IMG/VR virus record: IMGVR_UViG_3300027771_001853
Coordinates: 233,624 to 297,623 of that record
Strand: one strand, 5' to 3'
DNA length: 64,000 nt
Shown in pieces: positions 53,556 through 62,301 of the stretch. Position numbers and translations under genes: made by a program. The notes beneath the pieces are model-generated. The model searched no databases. It was given only the letters and a program-made list of their open reading frames with translations, and had not been told where the DNA came from. The stretch's first letter is position 1, and each line of letters starts with the position of its first letter.

Positions 53556-56030
53556 ATGAAATTTACAATAGATTTAAAGGAGGTCTGTCTTGACGACATA
53601 CCATTAGTAGGTGGTAAAAACGCGTCACTAGGTGAGATGATTCAAAATTTAACTAAAGTAGGTATAAAAGTACCAGGTGGTTTTGCTGTCACTTCTGATG
53701 GTTATTGGGAGTTTTTACGTTATAATGGTTTAAAAACTATAATTAGGAAATTAGTGGAATCCATCAAGGAAGACGATGTGGTGTCATTAAGAAAGGTCGG
53801 TAATGAAGTTAGACAAATTATAAGAAATGGAAAATGGCCACAAGAACTAAAAGATGAGATTAGAGAAAAGTATAATCAGATGTGTGAAGAGTACGGACAC
53901 GACATGACTGATGTAGCTGTTCGTTCATCAGCTACAGCTGAAGATTTACCTGACGCGTCTTTTGCCGGTCAACAAGAAACCTATTTAAATGTTAGGGGTC
54001 CAGAAACATTATTAGAGTCCGTTAGGAATTGTTTTGCTTCCCTTTTTACTGATAGAGCAATTTCATACAGGGGTACTTTTGGTTTCGACCACTTCAACGT
54101 AGCTCTTTCGGTATGTGTACAAAAAATGGTTAGAACCGACTTAGGTTCTTCCGGTGTAGCGTTTTCTATAGATACGGATAGTGGTTTTAAAGATACTGTA
54201 TTGATTAACTCGTCTTATGGTTTAGGTGAAATGGTTGTACAAGGTTCTGTATCTCCTGATGAGTTCCTAGTATTTAAACCAACACTAGAAAAGGGGTTTA
54301 GTTCTATTATAGAAAAAAAGATGGGTATAAAAGACAATAAAATGATTTACGGTAGTGACCCAGGTAAATTAACGAAAATAGTACAAATACAAGAATCACA
54401 ACAAAAAGAATTTTCTATAAGTGATAAACAAGTATTAAAAATTGCTGAATGGGTTACTTTTATAGAAAGGTATTATTCGGAACGTAAGGGGTCGTGGTGC
54501 CCTATGGATATAGAATGGGGTATAGATGGTATGACTAACGAATTACACATACTACAGGCTAGACCAGAAACAATACATTCTCGTAAGACTAATGATACTT
54601 TGGTTGAGTATAAACTACAAAAGAATGACGACAATAAAGTAAAATTAAAAGGTATAGCTGTTGGTGACAGGATAGGTTGTGGTGAAGTAAGGATACTCCA
54701 TTCAATAGATGGTAGAGATGGTAGTCTTGATGGTGCTGATTTTAAGGCTGGTGATGTGTTAGTAACTGATATGACCGACCCAGACTGGGAACCTTTAATG
54801 AAAAAAGCTAGTGCTATAGTAACAAATAAGGGTGGTAGAACTTGTCACGCTGCAATTGTAGCTAGGGAATTGGGTGTCCCAGCGTTAGTGGGTTGTGTAA
54901 ATGCTACAGAAAAACTTGTAGATAATGAAGTGGTTACTGTAAGTTGTACAGAAGGTGATGTGGGGTTTGTTTATGAGGGGGAAGTTAAATACGATAAAAT
55001 AGAAACATCACTTAAAGACCTACCAGAAGTTAAAACACCAATAATGTTAAATGTGGCTTCACCAGATTTAGCTTTTAAATTCTCGAGTCTACCACATAGT
55101 GGTGTTGGTTTGGCTAGAGAAGAATTCATAATAAACAATTATATAAAAGCTCACCCACTTGCTTTATTGAGACATAAGGGTTTGGGTGACGAAAAATTAA
55201 GTAAATCTATAGAACAACTAACACAAGGGTATAAGGATGAGGAAACTTTTTTCGTTAAAAGATTGTCTTATGGTGTAGCAAAAATAGCTTCAGCTTTTTA
55301 CCCACAAAAAGTTATTGTTAGGTTATCTGATTTTAAAACTAATGAATATAGAAATTTATTAGGAGGAGAGTACTTCGAACCAGTAGAGGAAAACCCAATG
55401 ATTGGTTGGCGTGGAGCTTCAAGATATTACTCAGAAGAATATAAAGAGGCTTTCGGAATGGAGTGTAAAGCGATTAAAAGAGTTAGGGAAAAAATGGGAT
55501 TAAGTAATGTAACTATTATGATTCCTTTTTGTAGGACAGTAGAAGAATTACATAAGGTTTATGGTGTAATGAAAGAATATGGTTTAGAACGAGGTAAAGA
55601 TGGGTTAGAGGTTTATTTAATGGCCGAGTTACCCTCAAACATTATACTAGCTGAAAGTTTTGCAAAACATATAGACGGGTTTTCAATTGGTTCTAACGAC
55701 CTAACACAATTAACCTTAGGTTTAGATAGAGACTCTTCTTTAGTTGCTCACTTATACGACGAAAGAAACGAATCGGTTAAAGAATCAATTAGGACACTTA
55801 TAAAGGTGGCTAAAAAAACTAAAACAAAGGTGGGTATATGTGGACAAGGACCTTCAGACTTCCCTGATTTTGCTTCGTTTTTAGTTGAGGAAGGGATAGA
55901 TAGTATATCGGTTACCCCCGATTCCCTACTTAAAACTTTAAAGACACTTAGTCGTCTTGAACGGGATTCAGATATTAGGTATTCTGCCTCTATAGATGGA
56001 CCAGGTCAACCAGTTAAAGAAATTTATTAA
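53556..56030 (+). CDS. ppsA: phosphoenolpyruvate synthase (pyruvate, water dikinase)
   Basis: VGGKNASLGEM, VAVRSSATAEDLPDASFAGQQETYLN, GGRTCHAAIVARELG (phospho-His), EENPMIGWRGASRY, FSIGSNDLTQL, GICGQ. Confidence 0.97.
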   Translation: MKFTIDLKEVCLDDIPLVGGKNASLGEMIQNLTKVGIKVPGGFAVTSDGYWEFLRYNGLKTIIRKLVESIKEDDVVSLRKVGNEVRQIIRNGKWPQELKDEIREKYNQMCEEYGHDMTDVAVRSSATAEDLPDASFAGQQETYLNVRGPETLLESVRNCFASLFTDRAISYRGTFGFDHFNVALSVCVQKMVRTDLGSSGVAFSIDTDSGFKDTVLINSSYGLGEMVVQGSVSPDEFLVFKPTLEKGFSSIIEKKMGIKDNKMIYGSDPGKLTKIVQIQESQQKEFSISDKQVLKIAEWVTFIERYYSERKGSWCPMDIEWGIDGMTNELHILQARPETIHSRKTNDTLVEYKLQKNDDNKVKLKGIAVGDRIGCGEVRILHSIDGRDGSLDGADFKAGDVLVTDMTDPDWEPLMKKASAIVTNKGGRTCHAAIVARELGVPALVGCVNATEKLVDNEVVTVSCTEGDVGFVYEGEVKYDKIETSLKDLPEVKTPIMLNVASPDLAFKFSSLPHSGVGLAREEFIINNYIKAHPLALLRHKGLGDEKLSKSIEQLTQGYKDEETFFVKRLSYGVAKIASAFYPQKVIVRLSDFKTNEYRNLLGGEYFEPVEENPMIGWRGASRYYSEEYKEAFGMECKAIKRVREKMGLSNVTIMIPFCRTVEELHKVYGVMKEYGLERGKDGLEVYLMAELPSNIILAESFAKHIDGFSIGSNDLTQLTLGLDRDSSLVAHLYDERNESVKESIRTLIKVAKKTKTKVGICGQGPSDFPDFASFLVEEGIDSISVTPDSLLKTLKTLSRLERDSDIRYSASIDGPGQPVKEIY

Positions 56031-56068
56031 AATTAGTTTATGTCAATTAATTTCATTATCTTTGTATT

Positions 56069-56428
56069 ATGAAGTTAACAAAACAACAATTAAATAAAAA
56101 ACTAAGGTCAAAAATACTAACACTACAAGCACGGAAAAAAAATCTAAAGGATTTACGAATTATGGTGGTTAGGGCAAGAAACGTAGATGTAACAAATGTT
56201 TTGTACCGTCACACTTCTGTAACTGTAAAAATATCAGGAGAGGTTAAATCCAGTAACGACAAATGGCTTCCTTTACAACTTTATAGACCAAACCAAATTA
56301 GAAAATTTTTACGTAGGAAGGATGTCGGTATAGTTGAATCTGTAAGTAAGTGGGTTAGATTGTGGGGTTTTGATAGTGATGTGTCCCTAGAGACGATAGA
56401 CATTGTTAATAAGGTTTTACCTAATTAA
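56069..56428 (+). CDS. basic hypothetical protein
   Basis: ATG 4 nt after TATCTTTG (56057-56064). Confidence 0.65.
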   Translation: MKLTKQQLNKKLRSKILTLQARKKNLKDLRIMVVRARNVDVTNVLYRHTSVTVKISGEVKSSNDKWLPLQLYRPNQIRKFLRRKDVGIVESVSKWVRLWGFDSDVSLETIDIVNKVLPN

Positions 56429-56947
56429 ACTAACTTGTCCTGTATAGTGTTGGTTGTGGGTCCTAATTGAATACCCGTATACACCTATTTGACAACCCTT
56501 ACCATCCCAGGGGCTATTATTTGTAGTCTCATATATTTTCTCACCCCACCTATTAAAAATTATCATCAATTCTATATCACCCTTGTCAGCACCATGCACA
56601 TAAAAAGTCTCATTGGAGTTATCTTCGTTTGGTGTAAAAGAGTTAGGTACGAATATTTGTAGGTAGGGACAGTCCTCTATTATTACTTCGTGGTACGAAG
56701 TATCACCTTCACACCCAAACCTTGTAGTATAAACAGATATTATGTACGTACCTATAGAGTCAGGCCATTGTACTGTAATTGAATTCCCTTGGTCGTATAT
56801 GATTTGACCTTGTGAAATATCCCAGTAATATAATTTATCCACATCATAACTTACTTGGTATTCTTGTGGTACTATGTCACCACAATTCGTATAAGTTTCT
56901 TGTGCGAATAATTGCAGTGGTAGTAATATGTATACTAACCACTTCAT
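56417..56947 (-). CDS. secreted protein: PKD-like domain plus type IX secretion type B C-terminal domain (gliding-motility-associated CTD)
   Basis: Signal MKWLVYILLPLQLFAQ; IFVPNSFTPNEDNSNETF, IFNRWGEKIYET, WDG, GVYGYSI, TGQVSLIR-stop. Confidence 0.88.
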   Translation of the reverse strand: MKWLVYILLPLQLFAQETYTNCGDIVPQEYQVSYDVDKLYYWDISQGQIIYDQGNSITVQWPDSIGTYIISVYTTRFGCEGDTSYHEVIIEDCPYLQIFVPNSFTPNEDNSNETFYVHGADKGDIELMIIFNRWGEKIYETTNNSPWDGKGCQIGVYGYSIRTHNQHYTGQVSLIR

Positions 56948-56948
56948 A

Positions 56949-57491
56949 TTAAAAGTGTTGTATTGGTCCTGTTACCGGTCCGTTATTTACTATAACATTG
57001 ATGGTTGTATTACAACCTGCCATTGAGTAAGTTAGTACGTAGTTTCCTACACCTGCTGTTGATGGTTGGAATGTATTAGCTACTACACCTGTTCCTGTCC
57101 ATGTACCACCTAACGGGGTACCTACTAATGGTGTTGTTGGGTCACCAGGACAAAAAGGTCCTATGACATTCCCAGATAAATCTAACACAAACACGTCTAA
57201 TAGTACCGGCGTTCCAGGACAGTTGGCAGCGTTTGATTCTATTACCTCAATTGCGTTTGGGTAAAGTCCTGAACCAACTCCCGTGTAATCCACGGTAATT
57301 GAATTCGTTCCTTGTCCTGTACTTAATGTTCCACCACCTGTAACTACCCAATTATATGTTGACGTTGGTGTGTTTGTTACAAAGTATTGTTCCCCAGTTG
57401 CGTTTACACACACTGTGTCTGGGTTGATTGTTGTTTGTCCGTATGTTGCTAACCCGAAGCAAACTAATAGAACTGTAAGTAATTTTTTCAT
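56949..57491 (-). CDS. secreted protein with two PKD/Ig-like domains
   Basis: Signal MKKLLTVLLVCFGLATYGQ; TYNWVVTGGG...GQGTNSITVDY; GGTWTGTGV....F.PSTAGVGNYVLTYS; ends GPVTGPIQHF. Confidence 0.8.
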   Translation of the reverse strand: MKKLLTVLLVCFGLATYGQTTINPDTVCVNATGEQYFVTNTPTSTYNWVVTGGGTLSTGQGTNSITVDYTGVGSGLYPNAIEVIESNAANCPGTPVLLDVFVLDLSGNVIGPFCPGDPTTPLVGTPLGGTWTGTGVVANTFQPSTAGVGNYVLTYSMAGCNTTINVIVNNGPVTGPIQHF

Positions 57492-57557
57492 AGTTTTTGT
57501 TTTTTTTTGTTTATGTTTTGTCTTGTTTTCTCGTGAATAAACAAGACAAAGTTATTA

Positions 57558-58121
57558 TTAATAATGATTTATGTTCGACGTAATGGGTGTTACTACTTGA
57601 ACGTTTCCGTTGTATATGTTAAAGGCTGGGTCAGTACAACACGCCCCATTGTTCCAACCACCAGTAAGACAATCTCCTATTACGTTTATACCAATAGACA
57701 AATCATCAGGAGTACATGTTGGTCCTACAGTTACTCTAAATCTCATTGTGAATGGTCCTGTTGAACTACTTCCCCAGTCTGGATTAAAACCTGTGTTAAT
57801 AAATCTCCATCCAGGTCCAAAATTTAATCCACTTGGGTACGTATTTTGTACATCCCACGTCCAGGTTCCAGGTTGTGTTCCTCCACCTACTGGAGTTATT
57901 AATGGTATTAAGTTAGTCCATCCTGTCCCTAAGTTAATTTGAAATGCGATTATCCAATTTATGTTTAGTTGTGTGAATGTCCCTAATGTATAATCCACAG
58001 CGACAACATCTCCTGGTTGATATGGTCCAACTGGTGTCATAGTAAACGACTGATTTGAGACACACTGTGAATGAACGGTTAAGTTAATAAATAAAAATAA
58101 TACAAATAATAGTCTTTTCAT
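57558..58121 (-). CDS. secreted beta-rich protein
   Basis: Signal MKRLLFVLFLFINLTVHSQ; ends TPITSNINHY; upstream TATTTATA 58139-58146. Confidence 0.75.
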   Translation of the reverse strand: MKRLLFVLFLFINLTVHSQCVSNQSFTMTPVGPYQPGDVVAVDYTLGTFTQLNINWIIAFQINLGTGWTNLIPLITPVGGGTQPGTWTWDVQNTYPSGLNFGPGWRFINTGFNPDWGSSSTGPFTMRFRVTVGPTCTPDDLSIGINVIGDCLTGGWNNGACCTDPAFNIYNGNVQVVTPITSNINHY

Positions 58122-58176
58122 TAGATTAGTCCTTTATATATAAATAGTAGTTAAAGGGTGACCATTTGTCAAACCA

Positions 58177-58689
58177 TTATGTAATACCTTGTTCTTTTAA
58201 TATTCTTTTAATTAATTTTTTGCTTTCTGAAAGATTACGTAATTTAATTAAGTCTCTTTTTATTCTAGCTACATTAATCCTTAATAAATCTACATTGTCC
58301 CTATCTCTCCTACTTTTATATCCTTTTTTGGACATTAATTCATCTAAGTATTCCTGACTAACCTCTAACTCTTTAATTTTTTGTAATATCTGTGGGGACT
58401 CTAATTCTTTCTCTGGTTTTACTGGTGGTGGTGGTGGTTCTGGTACCTCATCTATAGTTAATGATTTTATATAGTCTTCTGGTGAGTCTATATATTTTTC
58501 TAGTTCGGAAACCCCTCTTTTCAATACGTTTTCCATAGCTTGTCTAGTTAACCTTAAATTAAGTGAGTCTGTAATATCAGGAATATCCATAGATAGGATT
58601 TCAGATTTGTCAGCTTGTTTAATTACGTCTAACAAACTAATCTCATTAATTATTTTATTATACTGATTCTTATTAACTAGTATTTTCAT
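58177..58689 (-). CDS. leader-bearing hypothetical protein
   Basis: MKILVNKNQYNKIINE; PPPPP linker; C-terminal LSESKKLIKRILKE. Confidence 0.68.
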   Translation of the reverse strand: MKILVNKNQYNKIINEISLLDVIKQADKSEILSMDIPDITDSLNLRLTRQAMENVLKRGVSELEKYIDSPEDYIKSLTIDEVPEPPPPPVKPEKELESPQILQKIKELEVSQEYLDELMSKKGYKSRRDRDNVDLLRINVARIKRDLIKLRNLSESKKLIKRILKEQGIT

Positions 58690-58721
58690 ACCAATAAATA
58701 TTCCTATAGAGTCAATTAAAA

Positions 58722-59273
58722 CTAAACTCTTTTAGACGTACCAATTAACTGATAATAATCTTTTTTACCCTCTAGGTATTCTTTACATAATTTTAACATT
58801 CCTTTAAACATGAAAGCACCTGTGGTTTGTTTTTCACACTTACAAAATAATTCAACAAGTGTGGCTATTAGGTCTATTGGTAAGGCACCAATATCATCTA
58901 ATTCCTGGTAGGTTTTCGACAACCCTTTGGTATATCTTAGTTTATAACCGTCTCTTTCCTCTACAGTTGTAAATGGTTCTATATTATCATAAACAATACT
59001 TAAAGCGTTAACCAAAGATAATGTAGCTCTCTTGTTTAGTTCTCCTTTAATTACCAAATCAACAATCCAGTGTGTATGTGATGGTGTTCGTAATCTTTTA
59101 TTTGGTTCTTTATATTTTACGATAAAATCTAGGTCTGGGTTTTCCCCACGAAATCCTTGGTATATCGCTACTATGGTACCGTCTTTCATTTCCCATTGGT
59201 TTAACGGGTAACTACGTCTATCTTCGTTTTTTATTTTATAGGATAAATCTACTATTTTACTTTGCTGGGTCAT
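58722..59273 (-). CDS. hypothetical protein
   Basis: 183 aa globular ORF; RTPSHTHWIVDL. Confidence 0.7.
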   Translation of the reverse strand: MTQQSKIVDLSYKIKNEDRRSYPLNQWEMKDGTIVAIYQGFRGENPDLDFIVKYKEPNKRLRTPSHTHWIVDLVIKGELNKRATLSLVNALSIVYDNIEPFTTVEERDGYKLRYTKGLSKTYQELDDIGALPIDLIATLVELFCKCEKQTTGAFMFKGMLKLCKEYLEGKKDYYQLIGTSKRV

Positions 59274-59556
59274 ACCATTTATATTTTAAAGTTAGTTCTT
59301 CACCACGTTGTATGGTTTTTTTAGTTTTAATCTGAATTAAACCATCATCCTCAACTCGTTCACAGTTAGGTTTTTCCGAATGGTTTATAAAACCACCTAG
59401 TGGTGTTCTAACGTAACTATCTTCGAATCTAATGTCTTTTACGTGACTTATGCCCATAAATAAATCTTTATCTAAATCATCTATAGCGAATAGACCTAGT
59501 CCTTGTACTTCAGATTCTTTAATTGTTAGGTAGTGTGGTAGAGGTTTGTAATTCAT
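59257..59556 (-). CDS. SET-domain protein-lysine methyltransferase-like
   Basis: GLGLFA, GGFINHSEKPNC, GEELTLKY; start reassigned to MNYKPL. Confidence 0.88.
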   Translation of the reverse strand: MNYKPLPHYLTIKESEVQGLGLFAIDDLDKDLFMGISHVKDIRFEDSYVRTPLGGFINHSEKPNCERVEDDGLIQIKTKKTIQRGEELTLKYKWYDPAK

Positions 59557-59604
59557 ATAATTAAATGTAACGAATAAAAACATAAATTTCCAATATTTAT
59601 TGAT

Positions 59605-59811
59605 ATGAGAGTTACAAAATCAAGAAGTATATTGAAAGCTGTGAGTTGGAGAGTTATAGGAACGTTAGATACTATGGCTCTAGGGTGGTTAGTAACCGGA
59701 AGTCCGTTACTAGGTTTAAAAATAGGGGCACTAGAATTAGTGACTAAATTTGCCCTATATTATATGCACGAAAGAATATGGTTAAAATGTAAGTTTGGTA
59801 CTAAGGATTAA
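59605..59811 (+). CDS. DUF2061 membrane protein
   Basis: SILKAVSWRVIGTLDT...KFALYYMHERIW. Confidence 0.85.
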   Translation: MRVTKSRSILKAVSWRVIGTLDTMALGWLVTGSPLLGLKIGALELVTKFALYYMHERIWLKCKFGTKD

Positions 59812-60266
59812 TTAGAAATACCTGTACCTAAAACCTTGAGTGCGTCTCCTAGTCCACTTGCTAATGCTGATACACTTTTTACACCTAGACAAGTAAGAAC
59901 ACCAGTTAAATTAACAGCTTTCTCAAAACTCATTTGACAATTAGGGTTTTGCATTATGTTCATCATTTCACATTCTGAATTTTCCGTCATCCAAGTTTTA
60001 AGTGAATCATCATCACACTCCTTCAACATTTGTTGAAGTTTTGTTTTGTTCTCATTACCCAACTCAGTCCAAAACATTTTCCAATCCTGAGGTGATGATT
60101 GTGTATTTTCCCCCATATCTTGTTCTGGTTCATCTTGTTTAAATCCGTGACCAAATGCAGCTCCTGTAGGGGTTTCTTTTATTAAAGTTCCGTGTTGATT
60201 TTTGTGAGAATTGTGAAGTCCTCTAATCCTATCTTTTTCTGACTCTGTTAAGTTAATTTTTTTCAT
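59808..60266 (-). CDS. LTESEK-leader protein
   Basis: MKKINLTESEKDRIRGLH...LIKE. Confidence 0.72.
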   Translation of the reverse strand: MKKINLTESEKDRIRGLHNSHKNQHGTLIKETPTGAAFGHGFKQDEPEQDMGENTQSSPQDWKMFWTELGNENKTKLQQMLKECDDDSLKTWMTENSECEMMNIMQNPNCQMSFEKAVNLTGVLTCLGVKSVSALASGLGDALKVLGTGISN

Positions 60267-60284
60267 TGTGTTTTTTTTTTTGAT

Positions 60285-60566
60285 TTAGTTTATGTTACCA
60301 CTTGTGTTTATATAATCATCCGCTTTATTTAAATAATCCGCGGCTAATGTAATTTTATCCATCCACCAAGTAGGTAATTCACCACCAACCTGTTGTAATT
60401 CAGCTAATTTCTCTAATATATCGTCAGCGTTATCTAAAATTAGTTTACATTTTCTAATAGCTGAAGGAATATCTGTATGACCATCCTCATTTAAAGTTAT
60501 TTTTTTACCCTTAATAACTTTTTCTATAAGATTTACTAGTTCTGATTCTTTAATTTCAACTTTCAT
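60285..60566 (-). CDS. KESEL-leader protein
   Basis: MKVEIKESELVNLIEKVIKG..ITLNE; LPTWWMDKITLAADYL. Confidence 0.72.
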   Translation of the reverse strand: MKVEIKESELVNLIEKVIKGKKITLNEDGHTDIPSAIRKCKLILDNADDILEKLAELQQVGGELPTWWMDKITLAADYLNKADDYINTSGNIN

Positions 60567-60576
60567 GGTATATTAC

Positions 60577-60978
60577 TTATATTCTTTGTCCGTCTGTTCC
60601 CTTACCTGATTGACACCAACTATGTAAAGCTTTTAATACTGGTTTATCAGTTCCACAAGCTCTAGGACATCCACCCCTGTGTGAATGTTTACAATATTCC
60701 ATTAAAATTTCTTCAGTAAGGTTATTGGTTAGGTCTCCCATGTTCTTCAACCACTCCAACGGATTCCATTCGGTTTCTGAGTCTGGTGAAGTTTCACTAG
60801 ACGTAGATTTTACTGCATCAGTATTACGTGATTGTTCACCAACGTCTTGTCTACTATTAAACTTATCCAACCTATCCGAACCTTCTTGTTTGGTTACGAA
60901 CCCAGATTGTTCATTGATGTGGTGTAGACCTTTGATTCTGTTCTTTTCTTCCTCACTAACTTTAAACTTATTATTCAT
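60577..60978 (-). CDS. VSEEEK-leader protein with C-terminal Cys motif
   Basis: MNNKFKVSEEEKNRIKGLHHINEQ; YCKH....CPRAC.......HSWC; upstream TATTTATA. Confidence 0.72.
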   Translation of the reverse strand: MNNKFKVSEEEKNRIKGLHHINEQSGFVTKQEGSDRLDKFNSRQDVGEQSRNTDAVKSTSSETSPDSETEWNPLEWLKNMGDLTNNLTEEILMEYCKHSHRGGCPRACGTDKPVLKALHSWCQSGKGTDGQRI

Positions 60979-61016
60979 GATATTATTTTACTATAAATAG
61001 TTTATGTTTTGCAAAT

Positions 61017-61043
61017 AAAAAAAAGGGTCCTAAAAAAGGACCC
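61017..61043 (-). terminator. intrinsic terminator
   Basis: Minus strand GGGTCCT-T5-AGGACCC followed by T8, just after 61052..61351. Confidence 0.75.
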
Positions 61044-61051
61044 CTTAATGA

Positions 61052-61351
61052 TTAAGTTAGTAAATCCTTGTTAGGATTCAAGATTTTCTCCAACTTATGT
61101 ACTTCATTCCATACGTTGTCAAACCTTCTATCTAGATTACTCTCGTGTCTATCCCTATATGATTCAATATTAGAATTAATACCTTCTAATTCATTATACA
61201 AATCTCGTCTAGTACTACCAAGTTCATCTATAAAATCCAACCTGTTAAGCTCCAAGTCATTGACCCTTCGCTTCAACCTTACCACACTCCAAACAGAAGC
61301 TACTAAAGCCACTACCCCAAGTGTAATTAAAACTGTTAAAATTGTTTCCAT
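61052..61351 (-). CDS. N-terminal TM plus coiled-coil protein
   Basis: ILTVLITLGVVALVASVWSVV then heptads. Confidence 0.65.
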   Translation of the reverse strand: METILTVLITLGVVALVASVWSVVRLKRRVNDLELNRLDFIDELGSTRRDLYNELEGINSNIESYRDRHESNLDRRFDNVWNEVHKLEKILNPNKDLLT

Positions 61352-61656
61352 GATATTTTTTTTATATATTTGTTTATGTCTCTAGGACATAGTAAAAATA
61401 AAACATTTAATAACAAAGTCCATTTAATTTAATGGACAATTTAGTAAAATTACAGGATGAGTGGAGCAAAGAAGAAAAAACCAAGTAAAATATCAACACA
61501 TAAAAGAAAGAAACAAAGTAGGAAAAATAGGCATAAAACTAAAAAATAATATGGAAACAATAACAATAGTAGCATTCTTTGGGATGGGTGTAGCAGTAGG
61601 TCTATACATATCAAGTCAAATTGATAACAATATAGATAAAAACATTAAAAAATAAC

Positions 61657-62043
61657 ATGGAAATAATTAAAACACGTAAATTCGATAGAAGACGAGCTTT
61701 AGACTGTAAACTAATTAAAAAGTCTGAAACTTACACTGGTTACTACAAATACGAAGTAACCATAGGGGAGAAAGATGGGACGATACATAAACAACCAGCA
61801 TATGGTAAAGACATGCAAGGTGCTTTAAGTAGACTATTAAAAAAAGAATTGACCGTTAAGGTTGAAAGAAAACTGGAGACCAATACTGGATTCATATTTT
61901 TAGCATGGTTAGTAACTATGGGGACACCAGCTTTATTTGCTGATAGAAGTTCTCCGTGGTTCCTAGCGTACATATTTGGTGTGGTGTTAGTTTTGGTTTG
62001 TATGACTGTTTGGTGGTATAACTACGTAAATAAAGGAGAATAA
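61657..62043 (+). CDS. hypothetical protein with two C-terminal TM segments
   Basis: 128 aa; AYGKDMQGAL. Confidence 0.65.
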   Translation: MEIIKTRKFDRRRALDCKLIKKSETYTGYYKYEVTIGEKDGTIHKQPAYGKDMQGALSRLLKKELTVKVERKLETNTGFIFLAWLVTMGTPALFADRSSPWFLAYIFGVVLVLVCMTVWWYNYVNKGE

Positions 62044-62049
62044 TAGATT

Positions 62050-62301
62050 ATGGTGGAAACAATTTTAGATACAATATCAGAGATAAACCCAAAAGCATTA
62101 AAAGCAGATGGGTTTAATGATGCGATTTTAGGTATAACAAGTAGATGTGGTGACGATTCTCTTATTGCTTATGACTATGACGAATGTGTAAAAATTCTAC
62201 AGAAAGACATGTCCTACGAAGATTCTGTAGAATATATGGAATTTAATGTGGTGGGTTCTTATGTAGGAGAGGGGACACCTATTTTTATAAAAAAATTATA
62301 A
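62050..62301 (+). CDS. hypothetical phage protein
   Basis: ADGFNDAILG...EYMEFNVVGSYVGEGTPIFI. Confidence 0.7.
   Translation: MVETILDTISEINPKALKADGFNDAILGITSRCGDDSLIAYDYDECVKILQKDMSYEDSVEYMEFNVVGSYVGEGTPIFIKKL

Noticed and set aside
52128-56030. Host chromosomal fragment or prophage boundary around ppsA
   Set aside because: Flanked on both sides by phage-type genes with the same promoter motifs and tight gene packing; no integrase, att-like repeat or run of housekeeping genes
56417-58121. One large adhesin gene broken by frameshifts
   Set aside because: Each of the three ORFs has its own signal peptide and clean stop, and two share a conserved terminal motif; this is not the pattern of a pseudogene
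61461-61550. Upstream part of track ORF 61461..61655
   Set aside because: Low-complexity A-rich sequence; a more plausible start is METITIV at 61551, giving only a 34-aa TM peptide that I did not list as a confident feature
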